From contig CAXSGP010000099.1 in the NCBI GenBank assembly GCA_964236955.1, forward strand, positions 1 through 17,322: DNA of 17,322 nt. The letters are read 5' to 3'. Below the pieces are notes generated by a model. That model worked only from the letters and a program-made list of their open reading frames with translations, ran no database searches and was not told the origin of the DNA. Every line of letters starts with the position of its first letter. The stretch's first letter is position 1. The position numbers and the translations under genes were made by a program. Source of the stretch: an uncultured Oligoflexus sp. (GTDB lineage Bacteria; Bdellovibrionota_B; Oligoflexia; Oligoflexales; Oligoflexaceae). Below are positions 16,149 to 17,322 of the stretch, one piece after another.

Positions 16149-16640
16149 GGCTGAACCCCTCTATAATCTTAAGTCGGAACTTACTGTTCCTTGTCGCTAA
16201 CAGTTTATTAAGGCGAAGTAAAGCTTCTCCCGGAAGATTTGGTCGGATGGCCAACAAAATTACTCACGCTGACTATTAGAACTGTTTAAGATGAGAATGA
16301 ATTACCTTTTTGACACCCATGGACTTTTTTTATATTTATTTTTCCGGCCAATTTAGCGCTGAATTCTGAAATCGTTTTTATGAGTCGAACCTATCAATCG
16401 CAAAAATTTTTTTTGAGATCATGCTGGGCGATACATCGAAAGAGTCGAAGCGGCCCCCTTTGCCTAGCTGCTTTTGGGGTGTTTCCGATAACAAATGTCT
16501 AGAAGACGCAAAAAGATTCAAAGGATCGTCCGAACTTAAAAAATTGACTAGACAATGGGCTGTCTTCAAATAATGCTGCTCATATCAATCCTTGTATTGA
16601 GACGTTGGATCATGGTTTTTTTTGGATGGCGGAGAGTGTT

Positions 16641-16997
16641 ATGCAAAGCCAGCTTTGGATTGAACCGGTTGGTAAGTTGATCATCGCGCGGGTCCGCGGT
16701 TTACCTACGGAGCCCGTGCTTAAAGAGGTGCAGGAGCGAATCATCCGTCTCGTAAAAGAGACCAAACAAGGTCGAGTCCTCTACGATGTCCTGGAGATGG
16801 ACGTGCCTTCCATTGAAGTCGTAATCTCGCAGTGGCAGCTTGATAAAGGGACCGAGGACATCAAGCTGCGACGAGCGATTGTGGTTCCCAATACTCAACT
16901 TGCTTATCTTGCCCGCCTCTCTTTTGGCGATGAGGATCACCGGGTCTTTTACAATGATCTTGGGGCTGCTATTGCCTGGCTTGAGTCGGCTGAATAA
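16641..16997 (+). CDS. SpoIIAA-like (STAS/SEC14) small protein
   Basis: GGAG at 16631-16634 before ATG 16641; IIARVRG...VLYD...RAIVV...RVF...AIAWL pattern. Confidence 0.75.
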   Translation: MQSQLWIEPVGKLIIARVRGLPTEPVLKEVQERIIRLVKETKQGRVLYDVLEMDVPSIEVVISQWQLDKGTEDIKLRRAIVVPNTQLAYLARLSFGDEDHRVFYNDLGAAIAWLESAE

Positions 16998-17322
16998 AGT
17001 TTCCTTGAGACGAGTAAACAGTGACAGCTCGCATGCCTTCCAACCTTCCTGCGCATATTTTTATTGAGTTACCTGCAAAGAAAGATTGTGGCTATCTGCA
17101 TCCGATGTATTTGCAGATTTTTGTATTACCACTAGCGAAAGTCCTAGGAGCTACTTTGTATAATAACAACCAAACAGCAAAGACGGTTTCTTATAGTGCC
17201 TCAGAGCAATTTGTCATTACGAGATTTGAGTAAACTTTGGAGGATATTTTTATGGAATGGGTCATGTCATTAGGGGCTGTTGACGTTTGAGATAAGTGAT
17301 TGAAAAGTACAGGCAAACTCGT

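Noticed and set aside
17021..17233. 70-aa ORF and hairpin ATCTGCA(17094-17100)/TGCAGAT(17112-17118)
   Set aside because: ORF has no RBS or motif; the hairpin is AT-rich with an 11-nt loop, too weak to call a terminator.
1..17322. CRISPR array, IS element, integrase, rRNA or tRNA
   Set aside because: No regularly spaced repeats, transposase or recombinase ORFs, or structural RNA signatures found by eye.

Overview
Bacterial accessory-type region with 14 supportable CDSs. The TIGR02147-type gene, several lipoproteins and sigma28-like promoter motifs suggest an Oligoflexia/Bdellovibrionota-like host (inference). Left to right: a secreted phosphoesterase downstream of an OmpR-family two-component pair, with three ATTCAT-like tandem boxes that look like the regulator's own sites; an unexplained ~0.8 kb gap; a stand-alone CycH/CcmI C-terminal-like secreted protein; a repeat lipoprotein divergent from a TIGR02147 + DUF4382 pair, with back-to-back sigma28-like promoters; a cysteine-synthase-family enzyme; an anthrax-lethal-factor-like (ATLF) metallopeptidase lipoprotein; a coupled three-gene DUF262 / ABC-ATPase(DUF3696) / putative effector cassette with Menshen anti-phage architecture; a TonB-dependent receptor; and a SpoIIAA-like protein. 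No rRNA, tRNA, CRISPR array or transposase was seen. Family calls come from recognising motifs by eye, not from database searches.
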